A stretch of DNA of 63,308 bases, counting the filler, from Reticulomyxa filosa (taxonomy: Eukaryota > Protista > Foraminifera): NCBI GenBank assembly GCA_000512085.1. It is 17 parts of 17 records of this genome, joined end to end, with 100 filler letters (N's around TTAATTAATTAA, not from the genome) between each part and the next. Parts side by side here need not be neighbours in the genome. Positions count along the whole stretch, not along the records: positions 37,685 to 40,207 come from ASPP01002258.1; positions 40,308 to 41,907 come from ASPP01019808.1; positions 42,008 to 44,804 come from ASPP01019542.1; positions 44,905 to 53,334 come from ASPP01010557.1; 13 more parts are not named here. The stretch is one strand, 5' to 3'. The position numbers and the translations under genes are program-made. The notes beneath the pieces are model-generated. The model saw only the letters and a program-made list of their open reading frames with translations. It was not told the DNA's origin and did no database searches. Positions 37,742-49,900 of the stretch are shown here, one piece after another (position 1 is the stretch's first letter; each line of letters opens with the position of its first letter).

Positions 37742-39696
37742 ATGGGCTTATGTATGGGCAAGGACAGTGATCTGCAAGACGTTGTGCCAAATCTGGCAAT
37801 TGGTGGTCCAAGTATAAAAAAAAGAAAGAGGACCTTGTCGAAAAAAAAGCGGAAGGGGCAATGAAAACACAAAGTAAAAGCGCGGAAACATTATCAGTGC
37901 AAGTATTTGGCGATTCATCTGTGAACGTATCTTTCCCTTCGCATTCCTCCCGAGAAATGCAAAAAAGTTCCAGTGTACCAATGGAACAAACGGGAAGTCG
38001 CATGAGTAGTAACATGATCCCAACATTTATTCCGCAAACACAAGCAGCACGAGCACAAGTACGGCAACAAGTCAATCCGCCATTGACCCCCAATCCAAGT
38101 GCGGCTACTGAATCGATTGGAAACAGTAAGACAGTGACACCAATCATTTCGAACACGTTGAGTTCGATGCAACATATTATCGAAGAAGTAGAAAAGGAAG
38201 AAAACGAAAAGAAACGTGAGCAGAACCAATTGGCACAAATGTCATCAAACGACAGTGTTGTAAGAACGATTCAAGACAAGAGTGAACACGCTGTAAAGTT
38301 GACCGAAGGAAATGCAAATGCTCATGAATTGGCTATTGTAGCCCCAATATCAAGCGGTATTTCAGGACATGTTTTCGAAGTGGTCGATAAAAATACCAAT
38401 GTCAAATACGCTTTGAAAGTGTTCAAAGTTATTTTATTTTTTATTTTTTATTTTTTTCTCCAAAAGGGGTTTGTTTATACCTTTTCGCATTTTTTTTTTT
38501 TTTTTTGCATGCTTGGGTCGTACGTGATAAAGTGGTCCCCTCCCTCTCTCCCTCTTTTTTCCTCATTGAAAGTATTGAATTGGAATGTGTGTGCTTTTAG
38601 ATCAATCCCGAAAAAAAAGATCGCATCATCAGCATCTTACACAATGAGTTGAATATTTTGCAAATACTAAGTGGGCTCAATGGCGTCATCAAGTTTAATT
38701 TTTTTTTTTCAAATAAATAAACAAATTATAAATAATAACAATTAATAAATAAAACAATTTATTTTTTTTTTTTACAAAAAAAAAAAAAAAAAGATTGCAC
38801 AATTATGATATGAAAGAAGATCGTGGATATTTGTTGACGGAATTGGCACATCGAGATTTATTCAGTTTTGTTTACAAAGAGGGATTTTTTTTTATTATTA
38901 TTTGCAAAGAAAAAACAAAAACGTTTTGTAATGTGTAATGACAGATTGGATCAAACAAAATCACTCAAACCGAGAATTGAAGGTCAAACTTATCATTCGT
39001 CAACTCTTGATAACATTGGAGCAAATGCATCAACTCAATATTGTTCACAGGTTTTTTTTTTTTCAAAAAAAAAAATTCAATTAATCAAAAATCAAGCAAA
39101 CAATGAATAAAAAAACAAAATTGAAAACATATCATTATACGTAATACAATAATACATATTATTTATAAAACTAATAAAGAGATATCAAACCGGAAAATAT
39201 CGTATTTGTACAAACAAAGAAAGAAAATAATGGTAACGACGATGGGGAGATAAAATTTATCGACTTTGGTGATGCCATTTGTGTGCAGGATAATGAGATT
39301 TATAAACATTTGGTAGGCACTCCATGCTATTTGGCTCCAGAACGCTTTCGTCAACATCGTGGATGGGAACTTAAAGCGTCAGATTTGTGGTCAATCGGAG
39401 TCCTGTTATTTGAAACGTATACAGGGAAACGGTGCTTTTATGCGCCAACAAACGAAGCTTTAAAACACAGAATTCAACGTGGCAATTGGAGTATTCCCCA
39501 CGGACATGAACCCTCTTTTTTGTGTCAGCATTTCATTTCCGCGCTTTTGTCTTTGAATCCTGAAAAAAGACCTTCTGCCAAATTTGCTCTTAAACATCCG
39601 TGGCTGGTTACTAACGCAAAATTACTTGAAAAGAGCTTGTTTGAGTGGAATTATCTCAATGATAATCCACCTAAATGGGCTACTTATGTACCTTAA
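37742..39696 (+). CDS. Ser/Thr protein kinase (CAMK-like), multi-exon, N-terminal MGLCMGK acylation-type motif
   Basis: ISSGISGHV, YALKVFK, IVHR/DIKPEN (split by an intron), IDFGDA, VGTPCYLAPE, DLWSIGV and NPEKRPSA...HPWL. Using the ATG at 37742 needs one extra A in the homopolymer at ~37816-37823. Confidence 0.88.
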
Positions 39697-41264
39697 TTTT
39701 TTTCCCCCACCGTCTATTCGTAATTTTATTTTATAATAATAACTTCTTTTTTTTAACATGTATTTTATGTAAATTTTTTTATATTGGTGTGTGTGTATGT
39801 ATCAATTATCTACTCATAAATTTTTTTTGAACTTTTTGAAGAAAATTGGAAGATTGTTGATTGTGTATTTTTATTCTCTTTTTTTGTTGCTTGTTATCGA
39901 TTGTTATTGATCCCAATTATTGGATAACTTAGACTTGCTCGTTCACAAAAGTATGACAACTTCTTCGAAACACAGTCCTATTTGCTGTAATTGTTTCATT
40001 TCTATGAGTATCTTCTAGTAGTAACTAAGGATTGATAATTTGATGCTAGCAGCAATATTTTGATCACAAAGCATTCATCACCATTTTCAAGCAGAATATC
40101 TTTTAACACTGCAAGTGTAAAGGGTGTTTAAAAAAAAAAAACTTTTATTCACTCTGATTTTAAAGATAACAAAGTTGAACTTTTTTTTGTTGTGTTAAAC
40201 ATTTTTTNNNNNNNNNNNNNNNNNNNNNNNNNNNNNNNNNNNNNNNNNNNNTTAATTAATTAANNNNNNNNNNNNNNNNNNNNNNNNNNNNNNNNNNNNN
40301 NNNNNNNGATCTTTGATGTTAAGTAACATATGTTTTATACTCTTTATTTCTATCTATATGATATGCTAATGTAAGATTGTATATCACATTTTGTTAATAC
40401 ACAAAATAGCATCAAGAAGTGAATAAATCTCGTCTTCTTCAACCAAAATTGCTGCCGACACAAGCAGAAACGAAACAAACTCTTCAATCAAGCGAATGTA
40501 GCTGCTCACATGCATACATGTTTTCGTGTCAAGTTATTACGTTCAAATGATTATTGGTTGGAAAAAAAACTTGTTTGGTGTTAGTAACTTCACACTACCT
40601 TTTCATCTTTAATTAAATTTTATAAATTTCAATTCACTGATACCTTCAAACGTTTTACTATTCTGTTGACCTTCATGCAATTAACTCTATTTGTATGCAA
40701 ACATTATTTCTATCAATCATAATATCCATCATTCCTTGTTAAAAAAGAAGAATTAGTGTTGTACTTATTTATTGGATGGAATGGTATACCTGAGAGTGGT
40801 TATTTTTTCAAAAAAAAGTAATATGATGCTTTTTTTTCTAAAGCTTTTATCGGAAACTGACCTACCCAAGAAAAAAAGATAGCAAGAACAGTTTTTTGGT
40901 AGAATCTCTGAAAAATCAACAGGACTTTTAAAAATATTATTCACTTACAAACAAAGAGGTAAACAAACAAAAGAAAAAGGAAGCAAACACAAAATATATC
41001 ACACGATGGGATCGCGGCCTTTTCTCATTGCCAAAAGTGTAAGCATTCAATGCAAAAAAAAAAAAAAGAAACCAGTGAAAAAAGAGAAAGGGAGCTGACA
41101 GAAAAAAAAAGTTGCAAACTAAGTTTGCACACCAGAAAGAATTACGGATCACAGAAAAAAAAACCGAGGACAACACTAAAGTAAAGAAAGTTGTCTCTGA
41201 CGGTGCCTTTAGAAAAGTGTGGGATATAGTAACCACATACAAAAAAAAAAGATCAAAATATGGT

Positions 41265-41800
41265 TCATTTTTGAGGACTGATTTTGTGAATGTTTTTGAT
41301 ATGTGCATTTTTAGCAGATTTTTGACGAAACCTTTTTTCACAATAGTCACATGAATAAGGCTTTTCACCAGTGTGAATTCTCTTATGTACAGTTAAATTA
41401 TGTCCTACTGCAAATCCTTTTCCGCAAACGTTGCACACATGGGGTCTCTCATTAGTATGCGTCCGTTCTGTACAAAAAGGCAAAATACATTTATGGATCA
41501 ACAAAAAAAGAAAAACAACCAAATAAAAAAAACAGGTCTGAAGCGTTTACGTAACCATGGTCTCGCCATCTGAAGAAGTAGAAAAAAAAAAACAAGTATA
41601 TATGTATCTACGTACCACACTTATAAACACATATGTACATGTTAAAAAAAAAAAAGAAAAGTAAAAAGAGAGAAAGATACATGAACGACATACCCGTGGT
41701 TCTGTTTAAAACTTTTGTCACAGTAGCGGCATTTGAAAGGTCTTTCATTTGTGTGGATACGCAGATGTTCTACATAATTCGTTTTTCTGCCAAATTTCTT
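41265..41800 (-). CDS. C2H2 zinc-finger protein, 3' exons
   Basis: [36 protein letters not shown] and [20 protein letters not shown], with TGEKP-type linkers. Confidence 0.9.
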
Positions 41801-42007
41801 TTTTTTTTTTTTTTTTTATAAAACAAACAAAAAATCGACGAATGAGCTGGACATGTTTGACCATATATATATTTTTTCTCCCTCCCCCTTCCCTTTTTTT
41901 TTTTTTTNNNNNNNNNNNNNNNNNNNNNNNNNNNNNNNNNNNNNNNNNNNNTTAATTAATTAANNNNNNNNNNNNNNNNNNNNNNNNNNNNNNNNNNNNN
42001 NNNNNNN

Positions 42008-43250
42008 GAGAAAAACGCTGAAATCCAAAAACGTGATGAAAGGGGTGATCACGCAGTTGTCGCTAAACGACAGCAAATCGAATCCATTTTCTTTGTAATG
42101 GTATTTGGTTACTTTTACCTGCCACAGTTACAGTGTTTCTTGTGTTTTGACATAAAAGGATCTAAGTCACCGTAAGGAATTTATTTTTTTAGATGAATAA
42201 ATCGACTATTTTTTTTAAAAAAAAAGATTATTGGAACAAGAGCGTTGCAATTACTGCACAAAGGAAGCAGACGATGGCAGCACTACTGAAGACAATCAGA
42301 ATGCTCAGTCGAATCCTGAGTCCGTTTGGACGCAAATACCAACGATGATCACCGCATATCACATTTGTTGCGGTGGATCGCAAGCAAATGGAGGTTATTT
42401 ATTCTTTTTTATTTATATCTATGTGTACGTATGTATATATCTATCCTTTTTTTAATTAAAAAAATTTATATTTAAATGATGATTCTAACAAGTTTTTTTA
42501 TGTTTTGAAAAAAAAAATAAAATATAAAAGGAGACTAATAAACATAAAATGATTTTTTTTGTTTTGTATGAAACTGTGAAATGGAGGGCCAACAGATAAC
42601 GTGTACTCAGCACCGGACTCAATAAAAGAAGAAAAGGAGCATGATGATGATAATGTATTATTTGATGATGCATTGGCAAACGAGGGGTTGCCAACGGTAG
42701 TGTGGACGGCGCCTTTTTTCAGTGGATGCTACTGCAGTGAAGCGACAATGTACGTGCAATACATGTACATATGTATGCCAGACCAACTGATGACCAGGCA
42801 GCATGTAAATTATATAATCACAAATACTTGAAAGGATTGCAGCTGCAGCTGGCGAATGTCCTGAATAATGCATAGGACAATCCCATTCTCAAGTCCAAGC
42901 CTTATCTTTGTTGTTGCATCCTATTGTGGTTATTTGCCATAGCAAACATGGTGCATAGCTGCCGCCACTCTACTCGGCGTGGTCGTGTCTCCTTCGTATA
43001 TTGGCATGACTAACAATAACCACACGTCGAACCAGATTTGGATTGTATTGCAAGTGATCCTTTTTCGGGGCAATTGTTGAGGTCCTTAAAGCACTGGATG
43101 CGCTATGTCTTTGAATATCCGCAACAAATAAAAACTTGGCATTTAAGCGCTCAAGGATATAAATCAATGTGCTGATTGTGTTGGACGAGTCTTACAAAAT
43201 AAATTCAAGTGAATTGTTCGAAAGATGGCTGCTACTCATTGACCATTGCT
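42008..43250 (+). CDS. Hypothetical membrane protein fragment (multi-exon, possibly degenerate)
   Basis: Coding-like exons with hydrophobic stretches (IFFVMVFGYFYL; WCIAAATLLGVVV; IWIVLQVIL). The 3' frames do not join cleanly. Confidence 0.3.
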
Positions 43251-44956
43251 AAGTTAGTTGCACAAAACTTGTTGCTGTTGCATTTGTTTTCCTTGTTGAT
43301 GATTGTTTATTTTTTGAATTAAAACTTTTTCCTTGTTTTGATTTTTTTTCTCAACACAGTATTAGTCCTTTTCTATATTTTGAAAGTTTGACAAAAAAAT
43401 GATAAAACAAATCTACAATGTTTGCGATCTGATTCTATTATTATTCAAACTGAAACAAACAATTAAAACATTAGGTGCATATGAAATTACATCAAGCTCA
43501 CGAACATTGATCGTTTATGAAGAGTTTTTCTTGTTGTCCCTTTTCGAACTGATTTTGTTTCATTTTTGTTCGAAGATATTGTAAATGAAAAATTTTTTTA
43601 TTCTTTCCTTCATTCGCGTTAGAAGAAAGAGGTAGAATCTTTTCTACGGTGCAACAGTTAATGTTGAAAATTAGGCTGCTAATGCTAAAGTATTTATCAC
43701 ATATTTTACATTTCCAATCGTTTGTACTGTTTTACAAAAGCGAAAAATAGTTTTAATTCTTTTTACATTATTTCTTCATTTTTTTTTTGTTTGATGTTAT
43801 AACCATCCAAAATCAAATTGTTTGCGCTTTGGAAAATAAAACAATTGTCATATTGGAGATATCTTGCTTTTATTACGCACCTTTTAACAATTATTTATTT
43901 TAAAATTTATACGCTTGATTTGCAGGCTTAGTGTTCATATGCCTTGCATTTAAAAAAAAAAATTATAAACATTGCAGAGTGAGATTTTTAACAACTCATT
44001 CATTTTCCAAAAACTTTTAATACTTTTCAAAGTGCAAAATGTAAACAACATTGGAAAGTATGGATCAATTTCTATGGTGTTTGAAAATAGTTTAGTGGAT
44101 TGAAAAATCGATGTCAAATAACTCAAAACCAAAGTAATCATTCTTGTTATTTGCATTATTGTCAATATTCATACAATACGTTTTCACAGATATTTGATGT
44201 GCAAAAAATTCTCTGTTTGTTCGAAACAGCGTAGACCTATTTGTTATTATTATTTACTTTGTAATTTCGTGAACAAAAAGTTATTTAAAAAATCGCTTTT
44301 CAATGGATTCAGAACAAAATAATCCATCACTTTAGTTCAGTCGTAAGGGAAAGTGTGCTCATCAAAGAAAAAAAATTTAACGAAAATAATACGTTACCTT
44401 TCACCCGCATTTCCGCAAAAAAACTAATTATTTAAAAACCTATGACTAGGATACGGGCTTGTCCTTGTCAATACAACTTGTTTCAAAAAAAAAACAAAAA
44501 AAAACAGTTAAACATTTAACAAAAAAAAGACACTTTTGTCAGTGAAGAAAAACTCAAACAAGGGTCTAACTTTCAAAAATAATAAAATTTTTATCAAAGC
44601 TTTTTTTTGACAATAGAAACTTATCCATTTCGAAAATTAATGTTTGAAATGATTTCAAATTCATCTAATTGAATATCAATTTTAACTACAATGAAAAAAA
44701 ACTTCTACTAATTTAAAAAAAATTAACGACAAAGCATCTTCAACAATTGGAGAATAGATCATTTTGCTCAAGGGCAATTTGTTATTTCTTTTTATAAAAG
44801 AAAANNNNNNNNNNNNNNNNNNNNNNNNNNNNNNNNNNNNNNNNNNNNTTAATTAATTAANNNNNNNNNNNNNNNNNNNNNNNNNNNNNNNNNNNNNNNN
44901 NNNNAAAAAAAAAAAAAAAAAAAAAGCATAAATGTTGAAATGTCCAAAATGAATGT

Positions 44957-46090
44957 TTGTTGTTGAACACAATAGTTGATTGCTGTTGTGTGGTGTTGAT
45001 GAGCTGGTGGCATTCCAACACGTATTTTCGCTGGTGTTGCGGATGCGAGTATTGCATATTATGTTCGATGCGATTTGGTGGGAACAGCCCGGCCATTGCC
45101 AAGCACTTGTCCGCGTTGCGCGAACGGCTCCATTCGAGCGCAGAAAAAAGCAACACATTTTCATTGGATGGGAAGCAGCAGTTTTCGTCGAGCCAAGGGA
45201 CAGCGTCACCTCAAAAGACGCCAAACGGACAATCACCGGCCGGATGGAATAAAAAAGTTCGGTTTTCATTGGCAAATGAAGTCGAGTTGTCCAACCATCA
45301 CAAGCAAGAGGTCCAAGGCCCACATAAGCAAGAACAAATTGTAGTGCACACCCAGGGCGCAATCCAAATGGACAAAGCACAAGAAAAATTGATAAAAGAA
45401 AAAGAGGAAGAAAAAGATAAAAATGGCAATGGCAATGGTGTAACAGCTCCTCTTCCTACTATTACTGCTGCTACTACTACTACTACTACTGCGTTGCCTC
45501 CTACCGAAACTACTCGCTCTTTCGATCGAAAACGTGAGAATACTAGATCACATGAAGAAAAGATCGAAAGATCTGCTCATCACAGCAGCGTTCGAAATCA
45601 TAGTATTAATAATAGCAATAATAACAATGTTAGTAATAATTATAATAGTAATAGCATTAACAATAATAATAATAATAATAATAATAGTGTCAATAATAAT
45701 AATAACAATAGCAATAACGGTGGCTTCAATGCTGTCGATGATGTCAGTCCTATCAGTGAGGAAGAAGGGTATGACTTCAAAGAATGCGTCGAAGAGACAA
45801 TGGCCCACTCCTCCAAACGCCATGCTATCTCATTGCAAGTCGGTAATTCCAATGCCGATATCGACAATGAGAGACAACGCTTTGATGAGAAAACTTACAG
45901 TGACGATGTCAGTCATGATGGCAATGGCCATGAGGTCTACGAAGAAGAACTTGCCGATTTTGGCGATGATCTACAGACTCGTACGCGCACCAACACGCAA
46001 TCCGAGTTTAGTGATTGTGCGAAAACTGATGCCAGTACTGCACACTCAAGCAGAGCCGTTGGAATTCCTATTCATCCTATTCCCAGATAA
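44957..46090 (+). CDS. 3' exon of a membrane (possibly 7TM/GPCR-like) protein: last TM helix plus long low-complexity Thr/Asn/acidic tail
   Basis: 377-codon ORF. LLLNTIVDCCCVVLM is followed by a Cys cluster (WCCGCEYC) and (ACT)n and (AAT)n encoded T and N runs. The GPCR label is inference. Confidence 0.5.
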   Translation: MLLNTIVDCCCVVLMSWWHSNTYFRWCCGCEYCILCSMRFGGNSPAIAKHLSALRERLHSSAEKSNTFSLDGKQQFSSSQGTASPQKTPNGQSPAGWNKKVRFSLANEVELSNHHKQEVQGPHKQEQIVVHTQGAIQMDKAQEKLIKEKEEEKDKNGNGNGVTAPLPTITAATTTTTTALPPTETTRSFDRKRENTRSHEEKIERSAHHSSVRNHSINNSNNNNVSNNYNSNSINNNNNNNNNSVNNNNNNSNNGGFNAVDDVSPISEEEGYDFKECVEETMAHSSKRHAISLQVGNSNADIDNERQRFDEKTYSDDVSHDGNGHEVYEEELADFGDDLQTRTRTNTQSEFSDCAKTDASTAHSSRAVGIPIHPIPR

Positions 46091-46999
46091 TGATGTTGGC
46101 TTCTTGAATAATGCTCTATCGTTACCTTTTTTTTCCCACTTCTCCTACTTTTTTTTTAATTATTTTTTTTAATTATTTTTTTTTAATATTTTGCTTAGTA
46201 CAGGCCCTTGTGAATAGACAAAACTTGTGTGCATCTTTTTTTTTTGCGTGGATTTTGATCTCTTTTGTGGATTATTCTTTAGTATCATCACTGTCCGTAT
46301 CATTTTGTTTGTTTTGTTTTGTCTTGCCTTGTTTTATTTTGCTTTTGTTTTGAGCATGCAAAAGAAGGAAAAAACCACAACTGTCTAATTCGGAAAATTT
46401 TTTAGAATTGGATGAAATATTTTTTTTTGACTTTTTTTCAGCAATTTTTTGTCATTTCCGATCTCTTCTTTTTTAGATTCGATCGAGAATGAGCATTGAA
46501 TAACAAAGTTTAAAGAGTGCACGCAAGGCTCACTATCCTGAAATCTCCTTTTTTAACAACTTTATCTTTGTTTCAATGCTCTTTTTTAAAAAAAATTTAA
46601 GATAAATGATCATTATGAATGCCGCATTCGAGAATCAAAAATTGATTTTTGAACAAGTTTAAAACTTAAAGAATAAATATGTTTCATAATAAAATACAAC
46701 GTACTTTTTGTCTTCTTTTTTTTGAAAACTTGAAATAACGTTGATACTGTAGGGCACTGTCCTACCAATTGTTACCCATTGAAAGGAGATTTGAGACTTT
46801 ATCGCTTTCGCTTCCATCAAAAAGTTTTGTTAAGTTTTTAATTATTTAGATCCTCTAAGTTTTCTGTAAACGTTGCTTAAAGACTCAGTCTGGTTATGCC
46901 TTTGATTCAAAGTTAAATGAAAAACAGCAAACGACAGAATATGCACATGTTAATATATAAGTTTAATTTCACCAAATTGATTTTTTCAACAAGCGAACA

Positions 47000-49900
47000 T
47001 CACAAGATCCCACCACGTTGTTCCACAAGCAATTTTTGTTGTGGAGTTAAATCTTTTGTATTCTTCCAAATACTACCTTTCATAGATAAACCACTTTGAA
47101 TACCCGCTTTCCAAATATAATCCACCACATCTGTCTCTGTTACATCAACAATTTTACCATTATCACTACCCCATAATCGAATTGTTTTGTCCATTGAACA
47201 TGATACTAACTTCGAGCCATCGGGTGATAATTGTGCTCCATATATGCCCCCAATATGCCCTTCTAATAATTGGATTTGTTTTCCTGAAGATACATCCCAT
47301 ATTCGAATAGTTTTATCTTGTGAATATGAAATAATTTTTGAACCATCTGGTGAAAATTGTATCCCTTGTATATGATCTGAGTGCTCTTCAAATATTTGAA
47401 TTTGTTTCCCACTCAAAATATCCCACAGCCGAATAGTCTTATCATATGAGCTGGATACAATTTTAGTATCATCTGGAGAAAATTGTACTTCACTCACCAT
47501 ATCTCCATGCCCTTCAAATAACAAAAGTTGTTTTCCAGATGCTACATTCCACATTCGAATTGTTCTGTCCCATGAACATGATATAATTTTAGATCCATCG
47601 AGTGAAAATTGCGCTCCTTCTACCATATTTGTATGTCCTTCAAATATTTGAAGTTGTCTTCCAGATAGAACATCCCACAATCGAACTGTTCTATCGTAAG
47701 AACAAGATACAATTTTAGATCCATCTGATGAAAATTGAACTCCATTTACACCATCAGAGTGTCCTTCAAATTCTTGAATTTTTCTTCCAGAGGAAATATC
47801 CCACAGTAGAATGATATTGTCGTCAATTGAACATGACACAAGTTTTGAACCATCTGGTGAAAATTGAACTTTTTTCACCCAGTCAGAATGTCCTTCTAAT
47901 AAGTGAAGTTGCCTTCCAGATGCTACATCCCATATTCGGATTGTTTTATCATCTGAATATGATACAATTTTGGAACCATCTGCTGAAAATAGCAATCCAA
48001 CCACAATATCTGAATGACCCATGAACACTTGAATTTGCTTTCCTGATTGTACGTCCCATAATCGAACTGTTTTATCTACAGAACATGATCCAATTTTCGA
48101 ACCATCTGGTGAGAATTTTACTCCAGTTAAAATATTTAAATGCCCTTCTGCTAATTGAATTTTTCTTTCTAAAGCTATATCCCATATTCGGATTGTTTTG
48201 TCTTCAGAGCATGATAAAATTTTTGACTCATTTGGAAAAAATTCTACCCCATTTACAGTTTGTGAATGCCCTTCCAATATTTGAAGTTGTTTCCCTGTGG
48301 ATGTATCCCATATTCGAATTGTACTATCAGATGAACCAGATACAACTCTGGAGCTATCAGGTGAAAAGCGTGCTGAGTTTACGGTAACTGAGTGTCCTTC
48401 CAGCACTTGAATTGAATTTCCAGAAGATAGATCCCATATTCGAATTGTTTTATCTTCTGAATATGACAATACTTTTGATTCATCTGATGACAATTGGATT
48501 CCATTTATATCATCTGTGTGTCCCTCCAATATTTGAAGTTGTTGACCTAAATGTGCGTCCCAAACACGAATACTTTTATCACTCGAGTATGATATAATTT
48601 TTGATCCGTTCGATATAAATTGGGCTGCAATTACAGTATTTGAATGTCCTTCCAATGATAAAAGTTGTTTTCCAGATGATAAGTCCCATATCCGGATGCT
48701 TTTATCGCTTGAACATGACACGATTTTGGAGCCATCTGATGAAAATTGTGCTTTATTTGTCCAAACTGGATGGCCCTGTAATAATTGAGTTTGTTCCTTA
48801 GATGCAATATCCCATATTCGAATAGTTCCATTCGAACAGAATACAATCATAGAATCATCAGGTGAAAATTGCGCCGCAAGTATACCATCTGAATACCCTT
48901 TCAAAATTGGAATTTCTTGACCTGATAATACGTCCCATACTCGAACAGTTTTATCATATGAACATGACAAAATTTTAGAACCATCGTGTGAAAACTCTAC
49001 TGCTTTTATTATATCTGTATGTCCTTCCAGCACGTGAAGCTGTTTTCCAGACGATGCATCCCATATTCGAATAGTTTTATCACCTGAAAAAGATATTATT
49101 TTTGTCCAATCAGGTGAAAATTGAATTCCTGATATATAATCTGTATGTCCTTCTAAATATGCATATTCTCCAAAATAAATCCCATTCATTGATGCATTTG
49201 TGAAATTGACCTTGGTTAAGCAGGTTTGATAAAAACTCACATTATCTAAATTTGCATTACTAAAGTTCGTCCCTTCAAGGAATGCACGATCTAAAATTGC
49301 ATAAGGAATTTTAATATTGTTCCAATTTTGATAGTCCATATTAATATTAGCAGAATTGAGTATAGTGATCGCATTTGCTGCTGCAATACTAACATTTTTG
49401 TTATCTTTTGATGATTCAACGATTCGAAATAGTCTTGATTTTAGATTTATAAATATTGGATTTAGATCGTGAATCCTCTCTGCAATAAAGTGAATAATTT
49501 CTAACTCTTCATTTAATAATTTAAAATTAATAGATAAGTGTTGAACATGTGTTTCAAAATGTTGCTGAAATTGTTGGTTATTGATATCAACAATACCAAT
49601 AATATTGGGCTTCCATGAAAGGATGTCAAATATAATCTTTTGTGCTGCATAATATTCTTGACAAGATTTATGTAAAAATTGATATTTGTTATTGCCAACT
49701 CTTCTCAATACATATTTTGCAATACTATCACCATTGAAATACTCTTCCCAAATATCTTGTGTATTTATAACTGAAGTATTATCTCCATTTATTTGCAATT
49801 CCAACTTTTCATCAGTATTTTTAATGTCTGTTTCTATTATTGGATCCAATTTACTCCAAATTCTATCATCTTCTTTGTAATCATCTTCAGTCGCAACTTG

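Noticed and set aside
45534-46172. Hydrophobic Ile-rich ORF and antisense Leu/Ile-rich ORFs
   Set aside because: They are shifted readings of the (AAT)n Asn tract in ORF 44957-46090.
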